From an uncultured Chitinophagales bacterium (GTDB lineage: Bacteria > Bacteroidota > Bacteroidia > Chitinophagales > S012-47), in the NCBI GenBank assembly GCA_964413685.1, contig CAYPSW010000002.1, forward strand, positions 141,526 through 205,525: a stretch of 64,000 bases of DNA, read 5' to 3'. This document shows positions 48,935 to 59,934 of this stretch, piece after piece. Positions within the stretch are counted from its first letter, which is position 1. The number at the start of each line of letters is the position of its first letter. The translations under genes and the position numbers were made by a program. Below the pieces are notes generated by a model. That model was not told the DNA's origin. It ran no database searches and worked only from the letters and a program-made list of their open reading frames with translations.

Positions 48935-50689
48935 ATGAAGCGTACTCATACATGCGGAGAATTAAGACTGGCAAACTCAGGGGAAAAAACAGTACTTGCC
49001 GGATGGGTCCAAAAAACCAGAGATCTTGGCGGAATGACCTTCGTTGACATTCGGGATAGATATGGCATTACTCAGTTAGTATTTAATATGGATGAGGATG
49101 CTGATTTATGTCATATGGCTCGTAAATTAGGTAGAGAATTTGTAATAATGATTGGGGGTTTGGTTCGTGAAAGAAGCAATAAAAATCATGCTATGCCTAC
49201 CGGTGAGATTGAAATCAAAGCTTCATCATTGGAGATACTTAATAAATCGAAAGTACCTCCCTTTACTATTGAAAGAGAAACGGATGGAGGGGAAGATATC
49301 AGGATGAGATATCGCTATCTGGATCTGAGGCGACCTGACATTAAAGCTAATATGGAACTGCGTTATCAACTCAGCAAGGCCACCAGAACGTACTTGGATC
49401 AGCAGGGCTTTATTGAAATCGAAACGCCATGTTTAATAAAAACTACACCCGAAGGTGCCCGTGACTTCATCGTTCCTTCCAGACTGAACCATGGTGAATT
49501 TTATGCATTACCTCAGTCTCCTCAAACATTTAAGCAGCTTCTAATGGTAGCAGGATTCGATCGATACTTTCAGTTAGTTAAGTGTTTTCGGGATGAAGAT
49601 CTGCGGGCAGACCGTCAACCTGAATTTACGCAGATTGATTGTGAAATGGCTTTTGTTAATCAGGAAGATGTGCTCCATACTTTTGAGGGATTTATCAGGT
49701 ATATCTTTCGCGAAGTGAAAGGTGTCGAGTTGAATGAAATCCCAAGAATGCCTTATGCTGAAGCCATGAAATTATACGGTTGCGATAAACCGGATATTCG
49801 CTATGGAATGACAATTTTTGATTTAACAGATCAAATCAAGGGGAAAGGATTTAGCGTTTTTGATCAGGCTGAATTAGTGGCCGGAATTGTTGCCCCGGAA
49901 GCTGCTTCCTGGTCTCGTAAGCAAATTGACCAACTTACAGATTATGTCAGAACACCACAAGTAGGTGGTCAGGGTATTGTTTGGGTAAAATTAAACAAGG
50001 ATGGGCATTTAAAATCGTCAGTAGATAAATTTTATAATGAGGAGGATTTGATTGCGTGGAAGAAACAGATGAATGCAGGGCCGGGAGATTTATTACTCAT
50101 TATGTCGGGCGATGATGCTTCAACACGAAGATCTCTAGGTTTATTACGCCTGAAATTAGCAGCTCAACTAAAATTGACCAAACCTGGTGAGTTTAAAGCA
50201 CTTTGGGTAACTGACTTCCCTTTGGTAGAATGGTCTGAAGATGAAAATCGTTTTATGGCTTTGCATCATCCGTTCACTTCACCAAAATCAGAGGATATCG
50301 CTTTAATGGAAACAGATCCGGGTAAGGTAAAAGCCAATGCCTATGACATGGTCATCAACGGAGTTGAAATTGGCGGGGGCTCTATCAGGATCCATGACAG
50401 GTCATTGCAAGAAAAAATGTTTTCCTTACTTGGTTTTAGTGATGAAGAAGCCCGTGCGAAATTTGGTTTTTTATTAGATGCTTTTGAATATGGGGCTCCT
50501 CCCCACGGGGGAATTGCCTTCGGTTTCGATCGACTCTGTGCTATGTTTGGCGGCACCGAATCAATCAAAGATTATATTGCTTTCCCGAAAAATAATTCCG
50601 GTCGTGATACCATGCTCGATGCTCCTTCTGTGGCTGACGATAATCAGTTGAACGAGCTCTATCTGGATATTAAAAAAGACCGCCCGTAG
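48935..50689 (+). CDS. aspS: Aspartyl-tRNA synthetase
   Basis: Conserved N-terminus [11 protein letters not shown], plus [16 protein letters not shown] and GGGSIRIH. Start moved from the TTG at 48926 to the ATG at 48935. Confidence 0.95.
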   Translation: MKRTHTCGELRLANSGEKTVLAGWVQKTRDLGGMTFVDIRDRYGITQLVFNMDEDADLCHMARKLGREFVIMIGGLVRERSNKNHAMPTGEIEIKASSLEILNKSKVPPFTIERETDGGEDIRMRYRYLDLRRPDIKANMELRYQLSKATRTYLDQQGFIEIETPCLIKTTPEGARDFIVPSRLNHGEFYALPQSPQTFKQLLMVAGFDRYFQLVKCFRDEDLRADRQPEFTQIDCEMAFVNQEDVLHTFEGFIRYIFREVKGVELNEIPRMPYAEAMKLYGCDKPDIRYGMTIFDLTDQIKGKGFSVFDQAELVAGIVAPEAASWSRKQIDQLTDYVRTPQVGGQGIVWVKLNKDGHLKSSVDKFYNEEDLIAWKKQMNAGPGDLLLIMSGDDASTRRSLGLLRLKLAAQLKLTKPGEFKALWVTDFPLVEWSEDENRFMALHHPFTSPKSEDIALMETDPGKVKANAYDMVINGVEIGGGSIRIHDRSLQEKMFSLLGFSDEEARAKFGFLLDAFEYGAPPHGGIAFGFDRLCAMFGGTESIKDYIAFPKNNSGRDTMLDAPSVADDNQLNELYLDIKKDRP

Positions 50690-50714
50690 GCAGAGTTTTT
50701 ATCACAAGGCCGGA

Positions 50715-52370
50715 TTATAAGTTTCCTAATAGTGATTTTTCGCTATTATATTTAATTGAGTAAGTAAATCTGATATTTTGATTGTCTTTCGCGGCAAGTG
50801 TTACTTTCCAGTTCAGAAACCCTGTGTCCCCATTATATTTAGCTCCACCATCATCAATTAATTTTACTTTGATATCATTTGCCAAAGCTACCGGAATCTG
50901 ATCTTCAATAATCAGGTTGACTGCATAGCTTTTATTATTCCTAATAGTCAACTCGTAGGCTATTGTTTTCTTCCGGTCATTTCCAATCATTTCCTCTCTT
51001 TCTTTGTCTTTCAGTTTGCTGCGTTTTGCCGTAATGCTTTTATCCCTGCCTAATGATAATTCAAGGGTATCATTTAAAGCAGCAGGATTCAAGGTAGTCT
51101 GACCAATATAAGTTCCGGCATAATAAATATTAGCACTACCGGGCAGGAGACTCATTTCTTCCCATCCGATAACTTTTGCCATCAGAAATGCACTCTGATC
51201 GTATTTTGGAACCAGATAATGATAGAAATCGGCAGCGAGTTCCTGATTCAGTACACTTACCGCATGTGAAATACCATCTGTAGGTATGTCGTAAACTTGC
51301 TTAATTTCAAATTCGAAATTTCCAATGGTTTCAGAAATAGTTGCATATTCTGCAAGTGCATCTTTATTGACGTTACCTGCAGAAGTGGCTGTTTGCGAAT
51401 CAGCTACCTCCATTGCTTTCTCTTCCCATACGTTTGAAGTTGATGCATTTCTGGCCATGTAATAATTGATATACCAAACCGGCATCACTGGTTTAGAATT
51501 GTTCTGATTTGGGTTGGCTGTTGATAAAGTTAGTTTTACTCCCGTCCAGTCAATCCCTGTATTTTGATAAATATTGGCTTTATAGACGAGCGTTACAGGA
51601 CTTTGAATATCACTGGCTCTGATATCATATTTTGGTGACCAGCCTGCACCCTGAACCAGGTAATTAATCGTCATTTTACCTTGTATCGCAGCATCTGCCA
51701 TGATTGTAACCTGTACTTGATGTGAAGGCAATTTATCGGGATCCTCCGGATGACCCTGATGAGCATTATAATTTCTTAGCGATGACAATCGGGCTTGCAT
51801 TCTCTCCAATTTTTTATTTACATCTGACTGACCGATTTTGTTTTTAATTAATTCATGGTTAATATTTTGCATCTGCTGCCGATAGTAAGCCATTGCTTCT
51901 CTCAATACAGGCATGGTATCAGAATGACCTTCTCCCCTGATAATTTTATTTGCAGCAAGTAAAGTTTTTTCTTGTTCAAATGCTTGCCTGTTCATGATCA
52001 GCTCTTCCTTTTGATAATTAGTGATGTTAATAGAATCTTCAAGTAAATGAATTTCCCGAATTATTTTATTGGGTAGTGTTAACGGAGCATCGGGCTCTGG
52101 ATAATGGATGTCATGTTTAACTTCCAAAATGGTATAATTACCTTGTCCTGATACTTGAATGCTGGACGGATTAATATGTGCTGAAACTCCATCAAATATA
52201 ATAGTGCTTATGCCTTTCGAGATGCTGAATTGAGCCGTTCGAAAGACCTGAGCACCTGAAAGAAATACAGTAACATGGTCAACTTTCGACTTAACTGGTT
52301 TCAATATATTGGCTTTTGAAAATGGGATTAGAAGTAAGCAGGCTGTGATCAGTAAGATTGATTTTTTCAT
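50715..52370 (-). CDS. DUF4139/DUF4140 family protein (mucoidy-inhibitor MuiA-like)
   Basis: Start moved to the ATG at 52370 (MKKSILLITACLLL, a signal peptide). The N-terminal VTVFLSGAQV pattern, a central coiled-coil and a C-terminal beta-rich domain are typical of DUF4140/DUF4139 proteins. Confidence 0.6.
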   Translation of the reverse strand: MKKSILLITACLLLIPFSKANILKPVKSKVDHVTVFLSGAQVFRTAQFSISKGISTIIFDGVSAHINPSSIQVSGQGNYTILEVKHDIHYPEPDAPLTLPNKIIREIHLLEDSINITNYQKEELIMNRQAFEQEKTLLAANKIIRGEGHSDTMPVLREAMAYYRQQMQNINHELIKNKIGQSDVNKKLERMQARLSSLRNYNAHQGHPEDPDKLPSHQVQVTIMADAAIQGKMTINYLVQGAGWSPKYDIRASDIQSPVTLVYKANIYQNTGIDWTGVKLTLSTANPNQNNSKPVMPVWYINYYMARNASTSNVWEEKAMEVADSQTATSAGNVNKDALAEYATISETIGNFEFEIKQVYDIPTDGISHAVSVLNQELAADFYHYLVPKYDQSAFLMAKVIGWEEMSLLPGSANIYYAGTYIGQTTLNPAALNDTLELSLGRDKSITAKRSKLKDKEREEMIGNDRKKTIAYELTIRNNKSYAVNLIIEDQIPVALANDIKVKLIDDGGAKYNGDTGFLNWKVTLAAKDNQNIRFTYSIKYNSEKSLLGNL

Positions 52371-52420
52371 TTTTTCTGGGTTTGTTTTGTCTGATGGACT
52401 GACAATTTGGTGAAACAATT

Positions 52421-52443
52421 GCTAAGTAGAGATTTCACTTAGC
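52421..52443 (-). terminator. Hairpin downstream of uvrA, possibly a weak terminator
   Basis: 7-bp stem GCTAAGT/ACTTAGC with a 9-nt loop, 48 nt after the uvrA stop. The downstream tract is only weakly T-rich. Confidence 0.3.
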
Positions 52444-52490
52444 TATTAATTCCATAAATATTTACAAGGAGAAAAGATATTTTCAATAAA

Positions 52491-55370
52491 TCAAGAATGC
52501 AGAGCTTCTTTCAGGAATTTGCCGGTATAGCTATCAGGTATGTCAATAATCTGCTCTGGAGTACCTTCTGCTATAATCTGACCGCCCTCGTCTCCACCTT
52601 CCGGTCCGAGGTCAATAACATAATCCGCTACTTTAATTACGTCCATGTTGTGCTCAATTACTATAACAGAGTTTCCTTTATCTACCAATTTTTGCAAGAC
52701 GATCAGCAGCACCCTGATATCTTCAAAATGAAGGCCTGTTGTTGGTTCGTCAAGAATGTAAAATGTATGGCCGGTATCTTTTTTGGCAAGCTCAGCAGCT
52801 AATTTAACCCGTTGAGCTTCACCACCACTTAAGCTTGTTGAGGATTGACCTAATCGAATATATCCTAAGCCAACATTTAGGAGTGTATTGAGTTTATGGT
52901 GAATTTTAGGATAGTTCTCAAAAAATTGTGTGGCATCCTCAACCCTCATCTTCAAAACATCACTGATTGATTTCCCTTTATAGTGAATCTCTAGTGTTTC
53001 ATGATTGTATCTTTTTCCCATGCAGTTTTCGCATTTCACATAAACATTAGGCAGGAAATTCATTTCTATCAGTTGCATGCCTCCCCCTTTGCAAGTCTCG
53101 CACCTTCCACCTTTAACATTGAAGGAAAACCGACCGGGCTTATAACCCCTGATTTTTGCTTCAGGCACCATCGTAAATAATTGCCTGATATCCGAAAATA
53201 CTCCGATATACGTTGCCGGATTTGATCTGGGTGTTCGTCCAATGGGACTTTGGTCAATTTCAATAACCTTGTCGATATCTTCCAGACCCATTACCCGCTC
53301 GAAGGGGAGCGGGGTGGTCCTTGAATTATAAACATGTTTTTTCAGTATCGGATAGATGGTTTGATTTATGAGGGAGGACTTACCGCTACCCGAAACGCCT
53401 GTAATGCAAACCAGTAATCCAAGTGGAATTTGAACATTAATATCTTTCAAATTATGACCGGAAGCACCAGTTAAAGTGAAATAATGTGAATTGGGTGCTC
53501 TTCGTTTTTCGGGGATATTGATTTGCAATTCATCTCGTAAATATTTGCCGGTTAATCCATTGCTTTTGCTCACTTTTTCCGGAACTCCATCAGCTACAAT
53601 TAGGCCTCCATGTTCGCCTGCTCCGGGTCCCAAGTCAATGATATAATCAGACGCAAGCATCATGTCTTTATCATGCTCAACAACAAGAATGCTATTTCCC
53701 GTATCGCGAAGTTTTTTTAGAGCGCCAATCAGCCGATGGTTGTCACGTTGATGAAGTCCAATAGAAGGCTCGTCAAGGATATACGTAATTCCTCTTAGAT
53801 TCGAGCCAATTTGAGTTGCCAGTCTTATCCGTTGACCTTCACCTCCTGAAAGCGATTTAGCTGGTCGGTTCATCGAGAGGTAGCTTAAACCAACCTCCAA
53901 CAAAAACCCAAGCCGGTTTTTCAATTCTTTTATAATATCATGAGCAATTTTTTGTTGCCTCTGACTCAATAATGGATTTAAGTGATTTATCCAATCATAA
54001 AGCTGCCTGATGTTCATACTGGATAGATCAGAAATATTTTTTCCGGCTATTCGAAAATTAAGTGCTTCTTTTTTAAGCCTTGTACCCTTACATTCAGGAC
54101 AGGGCAGTATTTCCATAAAATCGCTGGCCCAATTTCTGATATTTTCACTTGAAGTAGCCATGTAAGCCCGTTTCACCATATTCACCACACCACCATATTC
54201 CAGCGTGTACCATCTTTCATCAGGGCCGAAATTCAAAGGCATTTTTATTTTTTTATCGGGCTGGCCATAAAGGATTATATCAATGATTTTCGGATCAATT
54301 AAGCTAATAGCATCATTAAGGCTGAATTTGTATTGTCGCGCTAATGCCCTAACCTGTTTAAAAAGAAAGTTGTTCCGGTGCTCACCTAGTGGCGCTATGC
54401 CCCCATTATTAATAGAAACTTCAGGATCAGGGATGAGGGTCTTTGGATTTATTTCATGTACTGTGCCTAAGCCTTTGCAATGTGGACAGGCACCATATGG
54501 TGAATTGAATGAGAAACTGTTTGGTGATGGCTCTTCATAAGAAACACCTGAGTCTGCATCCATCAATTGAAGACTGAAAAGGGCATTTTCACCACTATCA
54601 TGATTGAGTAACATAACAAGCCCTTTGCTCATTTTTAAGGCCAAACTAAGGGATGAACGTAATCGGTTCTCTTCATCAGCATTCACTCTTAATCGATCAA
54701 CAATCAATTCTATATCATGAACCTTGTACCGATCAACCTGCATTTTCTCTACGATGTCAAATATTTCGCCATCAATTCTGATTTTCAAATATCCTTGTTT
54801 ACGAATTTGCTCAAATAGCTCCCGATAATGTCCCTTCCGTCCACGCACAAGAGGAGACAGGATTATTAACCTTTGATCCTGAAACTTGTTTAAGATATGT
54901 TCAGCAATTTGCTGCTCTGTATAACGAAGCATTTTATTGCCTGTAATATGAGAAAATGCTTCACTGGCACGTGCAAAGAGCAACCTAAAGAAATCATAAA
55001 TATCTGTAACTGTACCTACCGTAGATCGTGGATTCCTGTTGGTTGTTTTTTGTTCAATACTGATGACCGGACTAAGATTGTTAATCTTATCGACATCGGG
55101 GCGTTCCATTCGACCAATAAATTGTCTGACATAGGCCGAGTAGCTCTCCATATATCTGCGCTGCCCTTCCGCATATATAGTATCAAAAGCTATGGATGAT
55201 TTTCCACTACCGCTAATACCGGTAATGACAACAAGCTGAAATCTTGGAATGCTAACATCAATGTTTTGCAAGTTATTTTCACGAGCTCCATACACTTCAA
55301 GATAGGCATGATTCTTATCTGAAATCTCCTTTTTGTCTTGTATCATTTGCTTTTCGGAACGCTGAGTCAT
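52491..55370 (-). CDS. uvrA: Excinuclease ABC subunit A
   Basis: 959 aa with two ABC ATPase modules (GISGSGKSS and GVSGSGKSS Walker A; LSGGE signatures) and zinc-finger Cys clusters (CPHCKG, CPECKG, CETCKG). Confidence 0.96.
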   Translation of the reverse strand: MTQRSEKQMIQDKKEISDKNHAYLEVYGARENNLQNIDVSIPRFQLVVITGISGSGKSSIAFDTIYAEGQRRYMESYSAYVRQFIGRMERPDVDKINNLSPVISIEQKTTNRNPRSTVGTVTDIYDFFRLLFARASEAFSHITGNKMLRYTEQQIAEHILNKFQDQRLIILSPLVRGRKGHYRELFEQIRKQGYLKIRIDGEIFDIVEKMQVDRYKVHDIELIVDRLRVNADEENRLRSSLSLALKMSKGLVMLLNHDSGENALFSLQLMDADSGVSYEEPSPNSFSFNSPYGACPHCKGLGTVHEINPKTLIPDPEVSINNGGIAPLGEHRNNFLFKQVRALARQYKFSLNDAISLIDPKIIDIILYGQPDKKIKMPLNFGPDERWYTLEYGGVVNMVKRAYMATSSENIRNWASDFMEILPCPECKGTRLKKEALNFRIAGKNISDLSSMNIRQLYDWINHLNPLLSQRQQKIAHDIIKELKNRLGFLLEVGLSYLSMNRPAKSLSGGEGQRIRLATQIGSNLRGITYILDEPSIGLHQRDNHRLIGALKKLRDTGNSILVVEHDKDMMLASDYIIDLGPGAGEHGGLIVADGVPEKVSKSNGLTGKYLRDELQINIPEKRRAPNSHYFTLTGASGHNLKDINVQIPLGLLVCITGVSGSGKSSLINQTIYPILKKHVYNSRTTPLPFERVMGLEDIDKVIEIDQSPIGRTPRSNPATYIGVFSDIRQLFTMVPEAKIRGYKPGRFSFNVKGGRCETCKGGGMQLIEMNFLPNVYVKCENCMGKRYNHETLEIHYKGKSISDVLKMRVEDATQFFENYPKIHHKLNTLLNVGLGYIRLGQSSTSLSGGEAQRVKLAAELAKKDTGHTFYILDEPTTGLHFEDIRVLLIVLQKLVDKGNSVIVIEHNMDVIKVADYVIDLGPEGGDEGGQIIAEGTPEQIIDIPDSYTGKFLKEALHS

Positions 55371-55401
55371 TAGGTTGGGCTATCCATTGAATTGGGGGCG
55401 A

Positions 55402-55409
55402 CAAAAGTA
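55402..55409 (-). promoter_or_regulatory. -7 promoter box (TACTTTTG) upstream of uvrA
   Basis: Exact TAnnTTTG on the minus strand, 31 nt upstream of the ATG at 55370. Confidence 0.45.
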
Positions 55410-55498
55410 CGGATTTCAAAGCAAAAAATGTAGAAAAATCTACGATCTGTTAATAAACAAAGTAATAATTCAATCTCTCATATCCCATCAATTTCAAG

Positions 55499-55506
55499 TA
55501 GCTTTG
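55499..55506 (+). promoter_or_regulatory. -7 promoter box (TAGCTTTG), 5 nt upstream of the helicase ATG
   Basis: Exact TAnnTTTG. The motif G is at 55506 and the ATG at 55512. Confidence 0.5.
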
Positions 55507-55511
55507 CAGCA

Positions 55512-57791
55512 ATGTCATTTCTTGAAGAACTCAACGAAGCTCAGCTCAATGCAGTACAGCATAATGAAGGACCTTTGATGGTTATAGCCGGTCCTGGATC
55601 GGGAAAAACACGTGTACTTACCTACAGAATTGCTTATTTGATCAGGCAGAATGTAGATCCATTTAATATTTTGGCACTTACTTTTACCAACAAGGCTTCG
55701 AAAGAAATGAGAAGCAGGATTGAGGCTCAGGTAGGCACTGAAGCACGTAACCTCTGGATGGGGACTTTCCATTCCGTTTTTGCCAGAATATTGAGAACGG
55801 AGGGAAGCCGCTTAGGCTATTCAGCAAACTTTACGATTTATGACACCCAAGACACTAGAAATCTGATTAAAAATATACTTAAAGAGAGTGGATTGAACTC
55901 GAGTCTCTACAAACCAAGCGTGGTGCACAATCGAATTTCAGCAGCAAAGAATAGCCTTATTACAGCCAACGAATATGTCCAGATACCAGAACTAATTCAG
56001 GAAGATAAAACAAGTGGCCGGAAAGCACTCAGTGATATTTATATTGAATATAGCAGGCGATGCTTCCAAGCCAATGCCATGGATTTTGATGATTTACTAC
56101 TGAAAATGTATGAGTTGTTGATGCGCTTCCCTGATGTGCTTTATAAATATCAAAATCGCTTCCATTATGTATTAATTGATGAATTCCAAGACACCAACAA
56201 GGCGCAATATATAATAGTCAAAATGCTGGCAGATATACACCAGAATTTATGCGTTGTTGGAGATGATGCTCAAAGTATTTATGCTTTCAGGGGTGCCCTT
56301 ATCGAAAATATGCTAAATCTTAAAAAAGATTTTTCTGACTTAGTAACCTATAGGCTCGAGCAAAATTATCGATCTACAAAACATATTGTTTCGGTTGCCA
56401 ATCATTTGATTAAGAACAATAAAATTCAATTTGAGAAGTCTTTATGGACCGAAAATGAAGCTGGCTCGAAGATTAAAATATTGAAAACTGCCAGCGATAA
56501 TGATGAGGCCAGAGTTGTGGCTGACAGTATAATGGAAGAAAGGCTTAGAAACCATTATCGAAACGATGAGTTTTGTATCCTCTACCGAACGAATTCACAA
56601 TCGAGAGCTTTCGAGGAAGGATTGAGAAAAGTCAATATCCCGTATCAAGTTTATGGAGGCATTGCTTTCTACCAACGAAAAGAAATTAAAGACTTACTTG
56701 CCTATTTTAAATTGGTTATTAATCCTAATGATGAAGAATCTTTACGCAGGGTTATCAATTATCCGGCAAGAGGCATTGGAAAAACTACCTTAGAAAAAAT
56801 AACGGTGCTTGCACATGAACAGAAATGCTCACTATGGGACATTTTAAAGGAGATTCAGAAATATCCATTCACTCCGCGGGCCCTTCATCTATTGAGTGAG
56901 TTTGTGACAATGATAAAAAGTTTTCAGGCTCAAATAGCTAAACTTGATGCATATGACCTCTCTATGCATATCGCTAAAAGTGTTGGGCTAAATAAAATTT
57001 TGAATAATGACAATACACCTGAAGGAATCAGTCGCTATGAAAACTATCAGGAATTAATGAATAGCATTAAAAGTTTTACACAGGAGCCTACTACCGATGA
57101 TGACGACAATCCTCTTCCAGACATTGATATAAGTCTTGGTGCCTATCTTCAACAAGTAACTTTATTGACCAACTTAGATCAGGACGAACATGCTGATGCA
57201 GTAAAACTCATGACCTTGCATTCTGCAAAAGGTCTGGAATTTCCTGTGGTTTATATTGCTGGTCTTGAAGAGAATTTATTCCCGTCCATTATGTCAATCA
57301 ATAGCAGAAATGAGTTAGAGGAAGAAAGACGACTCTTTTACGTAGGAGTAACCCGGGCAGAGAAAAAGCTATTTGTATCATATGCTACGACACGTTTTCG
57401 ATTTGGCAATCTAAGTTATTGCGAACCAAGCCGTTTTATAGACGAAATGCCTGCTGAAAGTGTAGAAAAACCCATGAAAAGTACTTATTTAAAAGGAAAT
57501 TCAATGATGAGGCCTGAAAAGCCTGAAGTGAAGAATCAAAGATATTTGTCCGCTGCACAAAAAAAACAATATCAGCATCAACCTTCTGCTAATTTTTTTC
57601 CTGATGACCCATCCCAATTACAAGTAGGTATGGAAGTAGAACATCAGCGATTTGGTTTTGGTAAAATTGTTGGTGTTGAAGGGCAGCCCGGTAAAAAAAT
57701 TGCTAACATATTTTTTAGAGAAGTAGGGACAAAACGAATTATGTTAAAATTTGCGAAGCTTCAGATTGTCAAGAACAATCCAATTGAATAG
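55512..57791 (+). CDS. ATP-dependent DNA helicase, UvrD/PcrA/Rep (SF1A) family
   Basis: 759 aa with LN..Q..AV, AGPGSGKT (Walker A), DEFQDT, YRS, TLHSAKGLEF and VGVTRA motifs, plus a C-terminal Tudor-like tail. Confidence 0.93.
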   Translation: MSFLEELNEAQLNAVQHNEGPLMVIAGPGSGKTRVLTYRIAYLIRQNVDPFNILALTFTNKASKEMRSRIEAQVGTEARNLWMGTFHSVFARILRTEGSRLGYSANFTIYDTQDTRNLIKNILKESGLNSSLYKPSVVHNRISAAKNSLITANEYVQIPELIQEDKTSGRKALSDIYIEYSRRCFQANAMDFDDLLLKMYELLMRFPDVLYKYQNRFHYVLIDEFQDTNKAQYIIVKMLADIHQNLCVVGDDAQSIYAFRGALIENMLNLKKDFSDLVTYRLEQNYRSTKHIVSVANHLIKNNKIQFEKSLWTENEAGSKIKILKTASDNDEARVVADSIMEERLRNHYRNDEFCILYRTNSQSRAFEEGLRKVNIPYQVYGGIAFYQRKEIKDLLAYFKLVINPNDEESLRRVINYPARGIGKTTLEKITVLAHEQKCSLWDILKEIQKYPFTPRALHLLSEFVTMIKSFQAQIAKLDAYDLSMHIAKSVGLNKILNNDNTPEGISRYENYQELMNSIKSFTQEPTTDDDDNPLPDIDISLGAYLQQVTLLTNLDQDEHADAVKLMTLHSAKGLEFPVVYIAGLEENLFPSIMSINSRNELEEERRLFYVGVTRAEKKLFVSYATTRFRFGNLSYCEPSRFIDEMPAESVEKPMKSTYLKGNSMMRPEKPEVKNQRYLSAAQKKQYQHQPSANFFPDDPSQLQVGMEVEHQRFGFGKIVGVEGQPGKKIANIFFREVGTKRIMLKFAKLQIVKNNPIE

Positions 57792-57941
57792 CTGTATTTG
57801 GTATTACTGGTAATAAATCTTACATTTGCAATATCAACCGGAAACTTCCTGTCTTTTATTTTTCTACTTATCCGGTTTGAATATTCATGAATATTATTTG
57901 AAATCAATTTTTCATCATTTACTTATAAACACAATTTATTT

Positions 57942-58619
57942 ATGTCTTTGACATACAATACCCAAAAGGAGAAAATGCGCATAAGTGAGTATGGCAGAAA
58001 TGTCCAAAATCTTATTAATAAAGCCATTCAAGTTAAAGATCGTGAAGAACGAAATGCGTATGTTGAAGCAATTATCAAATTAATGGGGCAATTAAGCCCA
58101 CATTTGAGAAATGGAGATGAATTAAAAAGGAAATTATGGGATCATCTTTTCATTATCTCTGATTATAAATTGGATGCGGATTCACCCTATGAAATTCCTC
58201 ACAAACTTGAAGATACACTAACTAAAAACATTGTGAAATTAAACTATCCGACCAATAAAATTCGATTCAAACATTATGGCAAAAGTGTAGAATCAATGAT
58301 TAGAAAGGCTATTGGAATGGATGATGTTGAATTACAAATGGAATTCACTTTAATTATTGCCAATTACATGAAATTGGTTTACAGTAATTGGAACAGAGAA
58401 AATGTTACAGACCAAATGATTAAAAATGATATTCGGCTTTTGTCAGATGGCAAGTTGATACTTGGAGACGAAGTAAGCCTGGATACGATTCGTATTACAC
58501 GCAAAAGTTCGAGTGTGACCAGCAGACGAAAACAGAACTATAGAGGCAAACGGAGTGGTAGTAATTCAGGTGGCAGTGGGAAGAAAACAAATTTCCGCAG
58601 GAAAAGCGGCAGATATTAA
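57942..58619 (+). CDS. DUF4290 family protein
   Basis: 225 aa. The N-terminal YNTQKEKMRISEYGRNVQ and a basic Ser/Gly/Arg-rich tail match the DUF4290 protein commonly found just upstream of murA in Bacteroidota. Confidence 0.7.
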   Translation: MSLTYNTQKEKMRISEYGRNVQNLINKAIQVKDREERNAYVEAIIKLMGQLSPHLRNGDELKRKLWDHLFIISDYKLDADSPYEIPHKLEDTLTKNIVKLNYPTNKIRFKHYGKSVESMIRKAIGMDDVELQMEFTLIIANYMKLVYSNWNRENVTDQMIKNDIRLLSDGKLILGDEVSLDTIRITRKSSSVTSRRKQNYRGKRSGSNSGGSGKKTNFRRKSGRY

Positions 58620-58629
58620 ATAATTATTT

Positions 58630-59934
58630 ATGGATGCCTTTGAAATTATAGGAGGCAAATCTTTATCCGGGTCAATTGTTCCTCAGGGCGCAAAGAATGA
58701 AGCCCTGCAGGTAATTTGCGCAACATTACTAACAGCTGAAACAGTAACGATATCTAATGTACCTGATATTCGGGATGTTAATCTGTTGATAGAATTGCTT
58801 AAAGATATAGGTTCAAAAGTTAGCAATCCGGAACCTGGAATTTTTACTTTTTGCGCAGCAAATATTCAAACAGCGTATTTTCAAACACCTGAATACAAAA
58901 CAAAAGCTTCCAAGCTTCGTGGATCTGTTATGTTGCTCGGTCCCATGCTTGCTCGTTTTAAAAAGGCATATATCCCAAAACCCGGAGGCGATAAAATTGG
59001 AAGGAGACGAATTGACACACATTTGATAGGTTTTGAAAACCTAGGTGCCAAATTTATTTTTAACTCAACCGACAACACATACACGCTTGATGCCACTGAG
59101 ATGAAAGGTACCTATATGTTATTGGATGAAGCATCGGTGACCGGTACAGCCAACATTGTGATGGCAGCAGTAATGACCCCCGGCACAAGCACCATATACA
59201 ATGCTGCTTGTGAGCCTTATCTCCAGCAATTATGCCATATGTTGAAAAGCATGGGCGCAATCATTGATGGTATCGGTTCGAATCTGCTTACTATTCAGGG
59301 AGTTGATATTCTAAGTGGAACTGAACATAGATTACAGGCTGATATGATTGAAGTTGGCAGCTTTATTGGTCTGGCTGCTATGACCAATTCTGATTTGACA
59401 ATTAAACATGTACAAGTTGAGCATTTGGGAAGGATTCCCGAAGTATTTAAAAAGCTCGGGATAAAAATGGATATTGATGAGGACAACATACACATTCCCG
59501 CTCAGGAGCACTATGAAATTCAAACTTTTATCGATGGTTCAATACTAACCATTGCAGATGCTCCTTGGCCGGGTTTTTCACCTGATTTGTTGAGTGTGGT
59601 ACTTGTGGTTGCAACGCAGGCTCGTGGATCCGTGTTGATACATCAGAAAATGTTTGAAAGTCGACTGTTTTTCGTTGACCGATTGATAGAAATGGGTGCT
59701 CAAATCATTTTATGTGATCCGCATCGGGCAGCCGTTGTCGGCCTCGACCATGTGTCAAAACTTCGAGGTATCGAAATGTCCTCTCCCGATATTCGTGCTG
59801 GTGTTTCGCTGTTGATCGCTGCATTATCTGCCGATGGAACAAGCATCATACGAAATATCAATCAGATTGACCGTGGGTATCAGCATATAGATACACGGCT
59901 TCAGGCTCTGGGTGCTCAAATTCAACGTATTTAA
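58630..59934 (+). CDS. murA: UDP-N-acetylglucosamine 1-carboxyvinyltransferase
   Basis: 434 aa with G.KNEAL, the active-site loop KPGGDKIGRRRID (Asp in place of Cys, as in some MurA proteins) and an inside-out alpha/beta barrel repeat pattern. Confidence 0.93.
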   Translation: MDAFEIIGGKSLSGSIVPQGAKNEALQVICATLLTAETVTISNVPDIRDVNLLIELLKDIGSKVSNPEPGIFTFCAANIQTAYFQTPEYKTKASKLRGSVMLLGPMLARFKKAYIPKPGGDKIGRRRIDTHLIGFENLGAKFIFNSTDNTYTLDATEMKGTYMLLDEASVTGTANIVMAAVMTPGTSTIYNAACEPYLQQLCHMLKSMGAIIDGIGSNLLTIQGVDILSGTEHRLQADMIEVGSFIGLAAMTNSDLTIKHVQVEHLGRIPEVFKKLGIKMDIDEDNIHIPAQEHYEIQTFIDGSILTIADAPWPGFSPDLLSVVLVVATQARGSVLIHQKMFESRLFFVDRLIEMGAQIILCDPHRAAVVGLDHVSKLRGIEMSSPDIRAGVSLLIAALSADGTSIIRNINQIDRGYQHIDTRLQALGAQIQRI

